From Alphaproteobacteria bacterium (GTDB taxonomy: Bacteria; Pseudomonadota; Alphaproteobacteria; Rs-D84), in the NCBI GenBank assembly GCA_033345275.1, contig JAWPOF010000001.1:16839-80838 (forward strand): a DNA stretch of 64,000 nt, read 5' to 3'. The stretch's first letter is position 1; every line of letters starts with the position of its first letter. The notes beneath the pieces are model-generated. The model searched no databases, was not told the origin of the DNA, and saw nothing but the letters and a program-made list of their open reading frames with translations. Both the position numbers and the translations under genes were made by a program. This document shows positions 28,563 to 38,414 of this stretch, piece after piece.

Positions 28563-29213
28563 TTATGAATACAATTTTTTAAAATTGTTTTCTATTTTTC
28601 GTATGTATTCAATATCTCTATCACGCCAATATTTTGGATCACGCATCATGTGTCGCAAGTCAAAATCAGATAAGTTTTCATTTTTATCTGTTTTTATGTT
28701 TGGTTCCATTGACTGCATCATTTTGTATACGCTTTGTATTCCCTGGGGTGTGGCGCATAAGGCATTAAATGCATCGTGTGGTAAAAAACGTTCGCCAAAC
28801 GCATTAATAGCACGCAAAGCATCCAACATTTTTTCATCGCCACCAAAAAAATTTCTTAATTCATTCATCGCAGTTGATTCGTTGTGGACAGAAAATAAAT
28901 CTGATATAACCGGCGATAAAAATTCATTTGCAATATCATAAATTTTTTTAACTTGATTTTTTGTTAGTCCTATTTCAAAAAATTTTTGACGCAAATTTTC
29001 ATCATCATATAATTCGTGAGTGTGATATTCTGATGAATTTTCTGGCACACCAATTGCACGATTGAACCTTTGACGAGATTCATCGTCTGAATTTTCATTT
29101 GGAACAAATACCATTGTGCCCATCTTTTTTTCCAATTCACTGTAAGATTTTATCAGTGCATCTGCGTTTAGTGTTCCGTCGTTATTGCGAAATTTTTCTG
29201 GAATATTATCCAT
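28563..29213 (-). CDS. Hypothetical protein, possibly phage scaffold-like
   Basis: N-terminus [27 protein letters not shown] is reminiscent of phage scaffold N-termini. This is weak. Confidence 0.3.
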   Translation of the reverse strand: MDNIPEKFRNNDGTLNADALIKSYSELEKKMGTMVFVPNENSDDESRQRFNRAIGVPENSSEYHTHELYDDENLRQKFFEIGLTKNQVKKIYDIANEFLSPVISDLFSVHNESTAMNELRNFFGGDEKMLDALRAINAFGERFLPHDAFNALCATPQGIQSVYKMMQSMEPNIKTDKNENLSDFDLRHMMRDPKYWRDRDIEYIRKIENNFKKLYS

Positions 29214-29415
29214 TTTCTTGTCCTTTGGTTTCGTTTGAACGGCGCAGAAAATAAATCCCCGCCAATGTAAATATTGCCTGCAACATTATGAACAAATCTG
29301 TATCGCCCACCAAATATGCACCTATTGCCGATAAAATGCCCGTTGCAGAAATTATATATGTGCGATAACCCGTCAGGTATCCACCACGTACGATTCGTTT
29401 CATGAAATTATCCAT
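29206..29415 (-). CDS. Small two-TM protein (holin-like?)
   Basis: 69 aa with two hydrophobic helices. Confidence 0.3.
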   Translation of the reverse strand: MDNFMKRIVRGGYLTGYRTYIISATGILSAIGAYLVGDTDLFIMLQAIFTLAGIYFLRRSNETKGQENG

Positions 29416-29942
29416 TATAAATAAAACAGCATGCCGTCAATATCTGCAATATAACCACACGATGTAGCCCATGCTGGCATCTCGTCCGAGCGATGAAATC
29501 TGGTGGCACCAAAACAACTGTCAGGCAACTGCCTCTTCAACATACGATAAGCTGCACGAACACACATTTGAAATGCGCGGACATTTGCTGAAACATGCAG
29601 ACGATAATGATTTATGTCTGACGAATCTAAAACAGGGAATATCGATTTGTCTGCAATTAAATTCAATATTTCCACACCAGATGCATCAGATAAATTTTGT
29701 ATCATAGATGTAAACGCGTTAACTAATACCAAAGACGACGCGCCAGTCTGCACATAAACAACGCGTGCTATTTTGTGCGCCAGATTCATACGCCCAGATT
29801 CGTCTGGATTTTTAACAATGTTCATTTGCATGATATAAACCACGCAAAAAGCGTGGAAAAATAAAAAACCACAACCTGTGTTGTGGATATAATTTGTGCT
29901 GTTTATGTTTCTCATATTATCATAAAATTGAACAAAAGTCAA
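29415..29942 (-). CDS. Hypothetical protein
   Basis: The ORF is present but the true start is uncertain. Confidence 0.3.
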   Translation of the reverse strand: MTFVQFYDNMRNINSTNYIHNTGCGFLFFHAFCVVYIMQMNIVKNPDESGRMNLAHKIARVVYVQTGASSLVLVNAFTSMIQNLSDASGVEILNLIADKSIFPVLDSSDINHYRLHVSANVRAFQMCVRAAYRMLKRQLPDSCFGATRFHRSDEMPAWATSCGYIADIDGMLFYL

Positions 29943-29978
29943 GACAATTTTTTGCCCTATGAATAAAAACCCGAAAAA

Positions 29979-30659
29979 TCAAATGATTATTTCGTCGCCA
30001 TATACCAACAAATAATTTGTTCCCCGGCGTAAAACCAACGCGCCATTTTCATTAATTCCTATTAGCTGTGCCAATTCTCCGTGATATTTAACGGAACAAT
30101 TAATGCAGGCTGCTAATTCAGTCCAACGATCGCGTACCGCACGAAAATCGGCACGAATCCATTTATCTATATTACGTATAAGACGATTCAGTAATTCGTT
30201 CATTGGAATTTCTGCATAGTTGTCCATCTTGGTCGTTTTATACCTGTCGACGGTTGGATTTGAATTTACATTTATGCCAATCCCAATAACAACAAAATCT
30301 CCTGAATATTCAATCAATGTGCCTGCAATTTTTTTATTATCAACCAAAATATCATTGGGCCATTTAATTGCCGGATGAATACCAAAGGACGCAATTGTTT
30401 CCGCAACCGCAACCGCTACTGAATAAGATAGGCGCGCATCACGTTCGGGTGCCGAATAAATAAAACTAATATGCAAATTGCCATGGTGCGACACCCATGG
30501 GCGGCGCATGCGACCACGCCCCGCAGACTGGGCCGCTGCCAATACCGTTGTACCGTTTGTCGCACGACCAGATGAAATCAGTTCCAGTGCATAGTCTTGG
30601 GTGCTGGGGATTTTATCAAAAGATAATAATTTATAATTTGCCAATGCGGTACACCCCAT
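29979..30659 (-). CDS. birA: Biotin--[acetyl-CoA-carboxylase] ligase
   Basis: GRGRMRRPW and KWPNDILV motifs. The start was moved to MGCTALANYK at 30659. Confidence 0.8.
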   Translation of the reverse strand: MGCTALANYKLLSFDKIPSTQDYALELISSGRATNGTTVLAAAQSAGRGRMRRPWVSHHGNLHISFIYSAPERDARLSYSVAVAVAETIASFGIHPAIKWPNDILVDNKKIAGTLIEYSGDFVVIGIGINVNSNPTVDRYKTTKMDNYAEIPMNELLNRLIRNIDKWIRADFRAVRDRWTELAACINCSVKYHGELAQLIGINENGALVLRRGTNYLLVYGDEIII

Positions 30660-31050
30660 TTGTATTGATAATGAATTCACGTCCGTATGTGCGACGCAAC
30701 TGATAAATAGCAGTATCAATCGTATGCGTTGCAACATCAGGCGCATACCCCAATACATTTTTCAAATCATGCATCGTCATCCCGCCAGACTTATACAATG
30801 CGACAACAATCAGACTTTGCTGATGCGACAAAAACACATCCGTACCAAAGACAGCGCGCAAAATGGTCGCCTGGTCGCCAGCATTTAATATAACCGTTTT
30901 CAGTTCCATCGAATTTAGTGGGGGAACAATATGCAAATTGTCAAAATTTATATCCATAGAATTTGGTACGTCTAAAACCGTTGCACCAAAATCGGTCAAG
31001 ATTTGGCGCCATATTGTATCAGATGTATAAATACGAACACCGTTCAACAT
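30631..31050 (-). CDS. OmpR/PhoB-type winged-helix DNA-binding domain protein without a receiver domain
   Basis: LSHQQSLIVVALYKSGGMTMHDLKNVLGYAPDVATHTIDTAIYQLRRTYG fits the trans_reg_C pattern. Confidence 0.5.
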   Translation of the reverse strand: MLNGVRIYTSDTIWRQILTDFGATVLDVPNSMDINFDNLHIVPPLNSMELKTVILNAGDQATILRAVFGTDVFLSHQQSLIVVALYKSGGMTMHDLKNVLGYAPDVATHTIDTAIYQLRRTYGREFIINTNGVYRIGKL

Positions 31051-31142
31051 GATAGAATTCTAGACCATCCGAGCAAATAAGTCCAATAAAAAACCGCAAT
31101 GGAAATACCATCACGGTTTTGGGGTGTTGAAACAGCTAAAAT

Positions 31143-31388
31143 CTAGTCACGACCGGTATCAGGAGGATCAATAAACTTGGTAAAGTCTTGTATTTTCGCA
31201 CCCGTAGATGATAAAATCTTGGAAATACTGTTCGTGGATGGCCATCGTGGTTGCCCTTCTTTGGACCAACGTTTACTTTTATTAAATGTTGTTGGATCCA
31301 AACCGCTGCACTTTGCCAGACCAGAACACGACATACCATGCTCGGTTGCAAAGCGTTCTATGGCGCGCCACACATCTTCATGTGTCAT
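31143..31388 (-). CDS. Small HTH-type DNA-binding protein
   Basis: MTHEDVWRAIERFATEHGMSCSGLAKCSGLDPTTFNKSK with an agagggaaaaaaATG RBS. Confidence 0.45.
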   Translation of the reverse strand: MTHEDVWRAIERFATEHGMSCSGLAKCSGLDPTTFNKSKRWSKEGQPRWPSTNSISKILSSTGAKIQDFTKFIDPPDTGRD

Positions 31389-31536
31389 TTTTTTCCCTCT
31401 TGGTTTATGCACCAGAAAAAACACTTTCGTCTGATACGATATTGATTTTATTCCAAATTTTCACCCAAAACAACAAGGACCATTTCCTAGGAAAACGAAT
31501 AAAAATACGACACAAAAAATTTTTTTGACAAAACAC

Positions 31537-31565
31537 TTGACGAATCGATTTTAGTGTACTATATT
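31537..31565 (+). promoter_or_regulatory. Sigma70-type promoter TTGACG-17-TATATT driving the sRNA candidate
   Basis: Seen directly. Confidence 0.5.
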
Positions 31566-31571
31566 TTAAAT

Positions 31572-31759
31572 CGTCAAAGGAACAAAACCCTTTGCCGATG
31601 TGAAAACATCTGTGGGGACCAGAGGTTCAGACTCCCTCCTACATTCTCTCTCCTCTGGACTCTGGTACCCGCACCCAGTTTAGAGTGTCCAATTTCTTTT
31701 TCTCCTTTCCTTCCTTTCGGGACACTCGGAAATACCGCCGGAAACGGCGGTGTTTTTTT
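31572..31759 (+). ncRNA. Candidate trans-acting sRNA (about 188 nt) with two CU-rich anti-Shine-Dalgarno-like single-stranded regions and an intrinsic terminator
   Basis: Runs from promoter to terminator (ccgccggaaacggcgg followed by a U run). Hairpins caaagg/cctttg, gatgt/acatc, ccagagg/cctctgg and agagtgtcc/gggacactc. Loops contain CUCCU motifs. Confidence 0.45.
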
Positions 31760-31774
31760 ATATAACAAAAACAC

Positions 31775-32113
31775 TTAATGAGCGTGAGATAATATATGTA
31801 ATAACAGACTGAGCACAAATAAGACAGTTATCACGCCAACGATGATTTTCTGGACGCTGTGCGATTTGTGTGTGCCACAATACCCACAAGAACAACGACA
31901 ATCACGAAACACAAGGTACCACGACAAAGCCAACATCAAGCCGGAAAACACAAATAACCAAGGTTCCAGCCAATGTGGCAGAATATGAAAATGCGCTGCA
32001 TCAGGCGCGATTAAACCAACAATCGCCAACAACATCGGTATGCCACAACAAAAAATATGTGGCAACACAGTTGCAAGAATCCCTATTTTTACAGCTTTGT
32101 TTTTCATATTCAC
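31775..32113 (-). CDS. MerT-like small membrane protein with a CC motif in the first TM and a second Cys cluster
   Basis: IFCCGIPMLLAIVGL and CRCSCGYC. Confidence 0.4.
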   Translation of the reverse strand: MNMKNKAVKIGILATVLPHIFCCGIPMLLAIVGLIAPDAAHFHILPHWLEPWLFVFSGLMLALSWYLVFRDCRCSCGYCGTHKSHSVQKIIVGVITVLFVLSLLLHILSHAH

Positions 32114-32131
32114 CTGTTTATATCAACTGCT

Positions 32132-32207
32132 TGGCGTCCCCAGCAGGACTCGAACCTGCATCTAATTCTTAGGAGGAATTTGTTCTATCCTGTTGAACTA
32201 TGGGGAC
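32132..32207 (-). tRNA. tRNA-Arg(CCT)
   Basis: Revcomp: GTCCCCATAGTTCAACAGGATAGAAC...aattcCTCCTAAgaatt...GCAGGTTCGAGTCCTGC TGGGGAC G CCA. Confidence 0.8.
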
Positions 32208-32324
32208 AGTATTAACTATATTATAATAAACAGATTATTTGTTCAATGTTTTTTTAGCACAAAACATTGACAAATAGCAATCAAGCATTACATAAGAGTG
32301 TTGTTGTAATAAAAGGTATAAAAT

Positions 32325-33989
32325 ATGACACGCCACAAATTGATTGTGACCACAATCCGACAAAAAGATGACGGATACCAAAAGATCGATATTGATTTAT
32401 TTGAATATCTAAGGAACACAAATTCAATGGAACCTGTGCTGGTTGTATCTGATATCATACTGCCAAAAGGCAAAAAGAATCCGTTACCAGATTTTTCCAA
32501 GGTTTATACGGATTCTGTGACATTTGACAGCAACGATTGGCGTATCACTAATAAGTCAAGGCTGCCCAATGGAATATCAAAATTGATTTGCCTGCATTCT
32601 GTTGCCAGTCTTGATGATTTGATTGGCATTTTGCCAGATTCAATCAATATTGTGCACGTCAGAAACAAGGTCCTTAATGATATAACCAAGGATAAAATGG
32701 AATCTGCGCAGCGGTTCAGGGAACTTTATCCGACCGTTTCTGTGTTTGATGAACATGGGAATTCTTTGAAGCAAAAACTGCTTGAATTATCCAACCACAA
32801 AGAGGCAGTGCACGTCAAACTAAAAAAAGATGAAAAATTTACAAAAAACAATACACCCGTTAAAACAGATGAATGGATTAGCAAGGAAGACTTTATTACC
32901 AACGTTCGCGCTGCGGGACTGTTCACAGAATTAAAAACCGAAGATTTGGAACGGTATTTCAAAATGGCACGTTCCAAGAAATCTGGGCTGAATATAACAA
33001 GTGTCGACAGATTGCGTTCAGATGGGGCTTGTATTTCTTGTGTAAACAAACAAGATATTAATAAAATTGTGACGTATATATGCAACACACTGACACAATT
33101 ACAAGAAAAAAAAGAAACAGCTGTAAAAAAAACACAAATAAAAACTGCTGTACAAAAAAACACTTTGTTACAACCAACACCCGACAATTCAGAACAATGT
33201 TGCTATTTCGGCACAAAGAAAGTGGTCAAAACAACGGTACATAAATACGTACAAAAACAAATTATTGATTCTATTCAAAATGGGGACAAGGGGACTTTTT
33301 TGAAGGTTTTGCAGACCATAGATTTACTGAATGTTATTCCAACAGATACAAAAGGCAGCAAGGTTTGTTATATCAATGAAAAAAATGTGCTGGTGCCAAT
33401 TCCAGAGCTGAAATTAAAAAGTGTAAGGTGTATATGTCAGGCGATGCCTAATAATAATGGTGCGCGTATCGTTTGGGCAATCCAAGGTAAAAATCTAATC
33501 GCATGTGAATACTTTGCAAAACATGGGTATAACAAAGCAGAAACCGCATACAAAGATTGTATTCGAAAAATCCAATTGAATGATATACCCGATATCAAAG
33601 ACTGCAGAAATGTCAAAGACCTGATAGAAGAATACATAAATACAGATGACCAAGATGGATTGGACGACAGCAATAAAAAAAGCAATTCATCGAAAAATAA
33701 AAAATCAGATACAAGTGACAAACCATCAGATGCATCACAATGGGCTGATGTCACTTCGGTCGCTTATCAGGTTCAAGAACAGTACCTTAATACAAAAAAA
33801 GATGTTACTTATTTGATTATGAAACTGGAAACAGAAAAAAATACCAATAACAAAATTCAATATGCCGATTCTTTAATCAAACTCTTGAAGCTGCAAAAGG
33901 ATTTAGAAGAAAATAAAGCAGAATTGAAAAAAGCGAACGAAATCATTCTGGACATACAGCGAAAACTGGAACTCCATAAAAAACGATAA
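32325..33989 (+). CDS. Large hypothetical protein with a Lys-rich, coiled-coil C-terminus
   Basis: 554-aa ORF next to tRNA-Arg with no recognised domain. Confidence 0.5.
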   Translation: MTRHKLIVTTIRQKDDGYQKIDIDLFEYLRNTNSMEPVLVVSDIILPKGKKNPLPDFSKVYTDSVTFDSNDWRITNKSRLPNGISKLICLHSVASLDDLIGILPDSINIVHVRNKVLNDITKDKMESAQRFRELYPTVSVFDEHGNSLKQKLLELSNHKEAVHVKLKKDEKFTKNNTPVKTDEWISKEDFITNVRAAGLFTELKTEDLERYFKMARSKKSGLNITSVDRLRSDGACISCVNKQDINKIVTYICNTLTQLQEKKETAVKKTQIKTAVQKNTLLQPTPDNSEQCCYFGTKKVVKTTVHKYVQKQIIDSIQNGDKGTFLKVLQTIDLLNVIPTDTKGSKVCYINEKNVLVPIPELKLKSVRCICQAMPNNNGARIVWAIQGKNLIACEYFAKHGYNKAETAYKDCIRKIQLNDIPDIKDCRNVKDLIEEYINTDDQDGLDDSNKKSNSSKNKKSDTSDKPSDASQWADVTSVAYQVQEQYLNTKKDVTYLIMKLETEKNTNNKIQYADSLIKLLKLQKDLEENKAELKKANEIILDIQRKLELHKKR

Positions 33990-34089
33990 AGCCCATAAGC
34001 AAAAAAATCCTGTGTAATTTTTATTGCATGTTTCAATGCATACTTGTATAATGCCGTTGCGAAAAATAACACCAAGGAAGACAGAAATA

Positions 34090-35028
34090 ATGGGCAGCAG
34101 ACTAGTGGGATACGGCTCGTATTTACCAGAACGCATTATGACTAATGCGGACTTTGCGCGCATTATAGATACTACTGATCAGTGGATTACAACACGCACC
34201 GGCATTCGCGAACGACATTTTGCTGCCGACAACGAAACCGTAGTGGACATGGCAACTATTGCTGCGACACGCGCATTGACAAATGCGGGGCTGTCCGTGA
34301 ACGATATCGATTTGGTTATTGTTGCAACAACAACGCCCGAGCTGGACTTTCCGTCCGTTGGGGTTCAAGTGTTGGGACGGTTGGGCGCATCAAATGGAAT
34401 GCCTGCTTTTGATGTACGTGGGGCCTGTACGGGGTATATTTATGCCCTGCACTGCGCGCGCGCGTTCTTTGCCGCCGGCATTCACAAACGCATTATGATA
34501 ATTGGCGCAGAAAAAATGACACGTTTTGTTGATATGAGCGATCGCTCGACCGCTGTATTGTTTGGCGATGGGGCGGGCGCGCTGATATTTGAACATTCTT
34601 CGTCCAGTTATTCGGGGATTATTGATACTGTGGTTATGGCGGACGGTCGTGATTTTGAATGCCTGCATGGAACCAACGATCATCGTATTGCTATGAATGG
34701 GCCAGAAACATATAAAAAGGCCGTTCAATGTATGCCTGATGCGGCCCGATATATTATGCAGCACGCTGGAATTACCGCAGAAAACATTGATTGGATTATC
34801 CCGCATCAGGCAAATCTGCGCATAATAATCAGCTGTGCGGAAAAGCTGGATTTTCCAATGGATAAAATTCTGGTGACCGTTGATAAACACGCAAATACCA
34901 GTGGCGCATCCGGTGTTTTGGCACTGGCGTACGCATTCGATAACAATATTATCAAGCAAGGGCAATTAATTTTGTACCCCGCTTTTGGCAGTGGCCTGAC
35001 ATGGGGTGCCGCCTTGATAAGGGTTTAA
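34090..35028 (+). CDS. fabH: 3-oxoacyl-ACP synthase III
   Basis: GYGSYLPER..TN..F, active-site region ACTGY, and a conserved C-terminus. Confidence 0.9.
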   Translation: MGSRLVGYGSYLPERIMTNADFARIIDTTDQWITTRTGIRERHFAADNETVVDMATIAATRALTNAGLSVNDIDLVIVATTTPELDFPSVGVQVLGRLGASNGMPAFDVRGACTGYIYALHCARAFFAAGIHKRIMIIGAEKMTRFVDMSDRSTAVLFGDGAGALIFEHSSSSYSGIIDTVVMADGRDFECLHGTNDHRIAMNGPETYKKAVQCMPDAARYIMQHAGITAENIDWIIPHQANLRIIISCAEKLDFPMDKILVTVDKHANTSGASGVLALAYAFDNNIIKQGQLILYPAFGSGLTWGAALIRV

Positions 35029-35048
35029 AAATAACAAAGGTGAAAAAA

Positions 35049-35339
35049 ATGGCGACAATAACAAGAAGTGATTTTGCAAACAGATTGCGTGAACGTTTCG
35101 GATTAACAACTGCTGATTCCTATAAGATGGTCGATATCGTATTTGACGAAATTCGTGACGCATTGGTCAATGGCGAAGAAGTCAAATTCGCCGGTTTTGG
35201 CAGTTTCAAAATCTTGGATAAAAATGCGCGCATGGGGCGTAACCCAAAAACAGGCGAAGGCGCTGTAATTTCTGCACGACGGGTCGCAACGTTTCGCCCC
35301 AGCAACGAATTTCGTAAGCGTGTTGCAACCAAGAAATAA
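35049..35339 (+). CDS. ihfA: Integration host factor subunit alpha
   Basis: GFGSFKILDKNARMGRNPKTGE is the IHF/HU fold signature. The fabH-ihfA synteny is typical of alphaproteobacteria. Confidence 0.8.
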   Translation: MATITRSDFANRLRERFGLTTADSYKMVDIVFDEIRDALVNGEEVKFAGFGSFKILDKNARMGRNPKTGEGAVISARRVATFRPSNEFRKRVATKK

Positions 35340-35617
35340 AAAACGCTAAACGGCTGTGGGTTGTGTGTGCGATGATTCTAATAAAGAAATCAAGAACTGT
35401 GAATGCGAATACACGCCCACAATACCCAATACAACGCCAGCAATTGAATCCGAAGCCAGACGTGCCCGACGAACTTGTACCCTGTCCAGATGTTGTTTCA
35501 GAACCATTTGTCGTGGCAGTGGTGTCAGATTTCCTTGTCTGGCAATAACCCACTTTTTGGTCCCCAACCGTCTTCACATTCATTGACCGCGCACAACATG
35601 CGCCAAACGGCGTTTTT

Positions 35618-36064
35618 TTATGAAATCTTTTCAACACGACGAACGCGACGTTCGATTGCATCAAACGGACTTTCCAAAAATGTCTGGGCGCACAGGAATG
35701 CAACCTCGATATCAATATCATCGGCCGCCAATGCCAAAACATTAGTGTCGTCATGAAAACGGTCCGCGCGCGCCTGGGATGGCGTGTCACAACGAGATGC
35801 ACGAATGTGACGATATCTGTTTGCAGCAATCATAACACCTGCGCCTGTACCGCAAATGATAATTCCACGCGAATCCGGCACATCTTGCATAGCGTCCGCC
35901 AAAGCCACAGCAACATCCGGATAATCAACTGATACATTCGGATTGTCCACCCCCAGATTAACCATGTTATAGCCAGCGGCTGCCAACATCTCGATTAAAT
36001 ATAATTTCAGACCAACGCCACGATGATCGGACGCTATAAATACTTTTGATACAGTTTTATTCAT
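35618..36064 (-). CDS. rpiB: Ribose-5-phosphate isomerase B
   Basis: IASDHRGVGLK...IIICGTGAG. Confidence 0.8.
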   Translation of the reverse strand: MNKTVSKVFIASDHRGVGLKLYLIEMLAAAGYNMVNLGVDNPNVSVDYPDVAVALADAMQDVPDSRGIIICGTGAGVMIAANRYRHIRASRCDTPSQARADRFHDDTNVLALAADDIDIEVAFLCAQTFLESPFDAIERRVRRVEKIS

Positions 36065-36413
36065 TTTTTTCCTTGTCCTTGCGCTTTTGTAATTTACATT
36101 CCAGACCAGTATTGCCTGTAATATTCAGTGTGCGATACGATAATGTACCACTCATTTTTGCCGCACTGAAAATATTGGCAGTATTCACAATTGCCGGCCC
36201 TTCCAATTCTCCGTGCAAAAATAATACCGACGTGCGTATTTCGCCTACTACGCGACCACCGCGCCCTATGACGACTGTTTCGGCAATAATGTTCCCAGTC
36301 ACCTCGCCATGGATTTGGACATTGTGGTCGGTTTTGATATCACCCGTCAGTTTACACCCAGCGCCAATAACTGTCGGTGACTGTTTTTCAGCAGAATTCG
36401 TAAATGCCAGCAT
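36057..36413 (-). CDS. Bactofilin
   Basis: VIGAGCKLTGDIKTDHNVQIHGEVTGNI...VVIG..G.V.G.I is the beta-helical DUF583 pattern. Confidence 0.7.
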   Translation of the reverse strand: MLAFTNSAEKQSPTVIGAGCKLTGDIKTDHNVQIHGEVTGNIIAETVVIGRGGRVVGEIRTSVLFLHGELEGPAIVNTANIFSAAKMSGTLSYRTLNITGNTGLECKLQKRKDKEKNE

Positions 36414-36416
36414 CGT

Positions 36417-37694
36417 TTATTCATCCTTTATAAATTTGGTTGGATCAAATGGGGTACCCTTGTACCGAATTTCATAATGCAAGTGTGGACCGGTCGATCG
36501 ACCAGATGAACCAGCCAACCCGATAACCGTACCTGGGCGAACCCAATCACCACGTGATACCAAAATCTGAGACAGATGCGCATAAAGCGTTGTAAAGCCC
36601 AGACCATGATCAATTTCAACCGTTGTGCCATATCCAACACGTTCGCCTGCTGATACAACACGACCAGGCGCAACCGCCAACAATTCTGTTCCGATTTTCC
36701 CCGCAAAATCGATGCCACGATGTTTCTTGGGTTTGCCAGTAAAGGGGTCTTGGCGCGTGCCATAATTTGATGTAATGCGAGAATTAACAGGTTTGCCCAA
36801 AGGCAGCATTTCATCCAAACGACGCAATCCATTCCAACGTTCCAAACCATCGGCCAATCTTTGATATTTTTCATCCAATTCTTTGTCGAATTCAATAGGA
36901 CTGAATGCCGCCCCAACCAATGGGTTAGTATACTTGTTCGCATTGCGCAATAACGTGTTCTGGTCCAGCCCCAATGACAACAGTGTATTGTTTATCCGTT
37001 TGATGTTTTTCTGCAATTCTTCAATATTTTCCTTGGTCAAGGCGGAAACAGTATCAACGATTACATTGTCTGCGTCCGCTATTTGTAAAAGCGTTTCAAC
37101 CATCTGTGCATTACGACGTTTCAGATCCTCGTTCTCGGCACGGGTTAATTCATATTCGGCCGACAATTCCGAAATTTTCGTGTATTCAGGTGAAAAATCC
37201 TCGTCGCGCAACATTTCAACAATTCGTGTCCGCAAGAAATCCAGCTCTCCCCACGTCTTAATACGAGAATTCATCAATTTTTCTTTTTCAGATTCGTCCA
37301 ATTTTTTTGTATTCAAAACCTTGTCATCGATGACATTCAAATCACGGACCAGATCATTATACTTGGTCAAATATGTCTGCAAATCAGACATGTGGCGCGT
37401 GTGTGTGGCGCGAGCTTCTTCTAATTGCTCGGTACGCTTTTGCAACAAAGGACGGTGATATACAAAAACATAAGTTGACCACGCAGCCCATACAACCAGC
37501 CCAACCGCACCACAAAATCGTGCAAAACGCCAAAAACTGCTTTGCCCATATGTGTAAACATTGCCACGCGGTGTATCCATAACCGTAAATTCACGCGGTG
37601 GAAAAATGCGCACAATTACCCGCCACACAGCCCGAAACGGAGAAGTGATAAATGCCCAAAGAGATGTAAAATATCGTGTTATAAAATTTATCAT
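36417..37694 (-). CDS. M23 family metallopeptidase with an N-terminal TM and a coiled coil
   Basis: HRGIDFAGKIGT...YGTTVEIDHGLGFTTLYAHLS...GSSGRSTGPHLHYEI. Confidence 0.85.
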   Translation of the reverse strand: MINFITRYFTSLWAFITSPFRAVWRVIVRIFPPREFTVMDTPRGNVYTYGQSSFWRFARFCGAVGLVVWAAWSTYVFVYHRPLLQKRTEQLEEARATHTRHMSDLQTYLTKYNDLVRDLNVIDDKVLNTKKLDESEKEKLMNSRIKTWGELDFLRTRIVEMLRDEDFSPEYTKISELSAEYELTRAENEDLKRRNAQMVETLLQIADADNVIVDTVSALTKENIEELQKNIKRINNTLLSLGLDQNTLLRNANKYTNPLVGAAFSPIEFDKELDEKYQRLADGLERWNGLRRLDEMLPLGKPVNSRITSNYGTRQDPFTGKPKKHRGIDFAGKIGTELLAVAPGRVVSAGERVGYGTTVEIDHGLGFTTLYAHLSQILVSRGDWVRPGTVIGLAGSSGRSTGPHLHYEIRYKGTPFDPTKFIKDE

Positions 37695-38380
37695 TTCTGA
37701 GATAGTTTAGCCAAAGCATCTGCAATAGTCAAGCCGTCGCGCAAAACAGGCGCACAATTCATTGGCATGGCACGATGCAAAACTGACACGCCACGCGACC
37801 CCAGTCGCCCCGATATCAGCACACGTTCAGCTGTGTCGCGCGCCCCAAACAGCGGCAATATTGTTATGTCGCCAAGTTTTTTTGACATTTCTGCAACAAC
37901 CGTGGAAATGGTTGTGGCATCTGTAATAATACAAAACGTCCCCATTGGTCGCACGCGCGCAATACATCGCGCCACCCATGTTTTCAAATCCGCATTATGA
38001 TGCGCATTATGTTTGGCGGGTGTACCCCTGAAATAAGGCGGATTGGTTATAACTAAATCAAATGTCTGATTTGTACGCCATGTGCCTATGTCCGCGTTTA
38101 TCAGATTTATATTTACACCATTTAATTCTGCGTTTTTGCGACACGTATCCAGCATATCGTCAGATATGTCAATCCCTGTTATTTGAATTCCTGGGTTGTT
38201 TGCCCATAAACACAGCGACACACCCCCGGTACCAATACCAACATCTAATACATTTTTTACACCACACGGCGCAAACGCCGCCAACCAGACAGCATCTGAT
38301 GTTGGATTATACAAACCGCGACGCATTTTAATACGTCCACCCATCAATGTAAAAATTTCTTGTTTTATGCCCATCTGCAT
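37691..38380 (-). CDS. Class I SAM-dependent methyltransferase with an NPPY motif (TrmN6/YfiC-like)
   Basis: DVGIGTGGVSL and VITNPPYF. Confidence 0.65.
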   Translation of the reverse strand: MQMGIKQEIFTLMGGRIKMRRGLYNPTSDAVWLAAFAPCGVKNVLDVGIGTGGVSLCLWANNPGIQITGIDISDDMLDTCRKNAELNGVNINLINADIGTWRTNQTFDLVITNPPYFRGTPAKHNAHHNADLKTWVARCIARVRPMGTFCIITDATTISTVVAEMSKKLGDITILPLFGARDTAERVLISGRLGSRGVSVLHRAMPMNCAPVLRDGLTIADALAKLSQK

Positions 38381-38414
38381 TTATAATAGAACAACAAAAA
38401 TAAAAGGCAAGTTT

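Noticed and set aside
35206-35829. 207-aa minus ORF spanning the ihfA-rpiB intergenic region
   Set aside because: It overlaps ihfA and rpiB and has no motifs.
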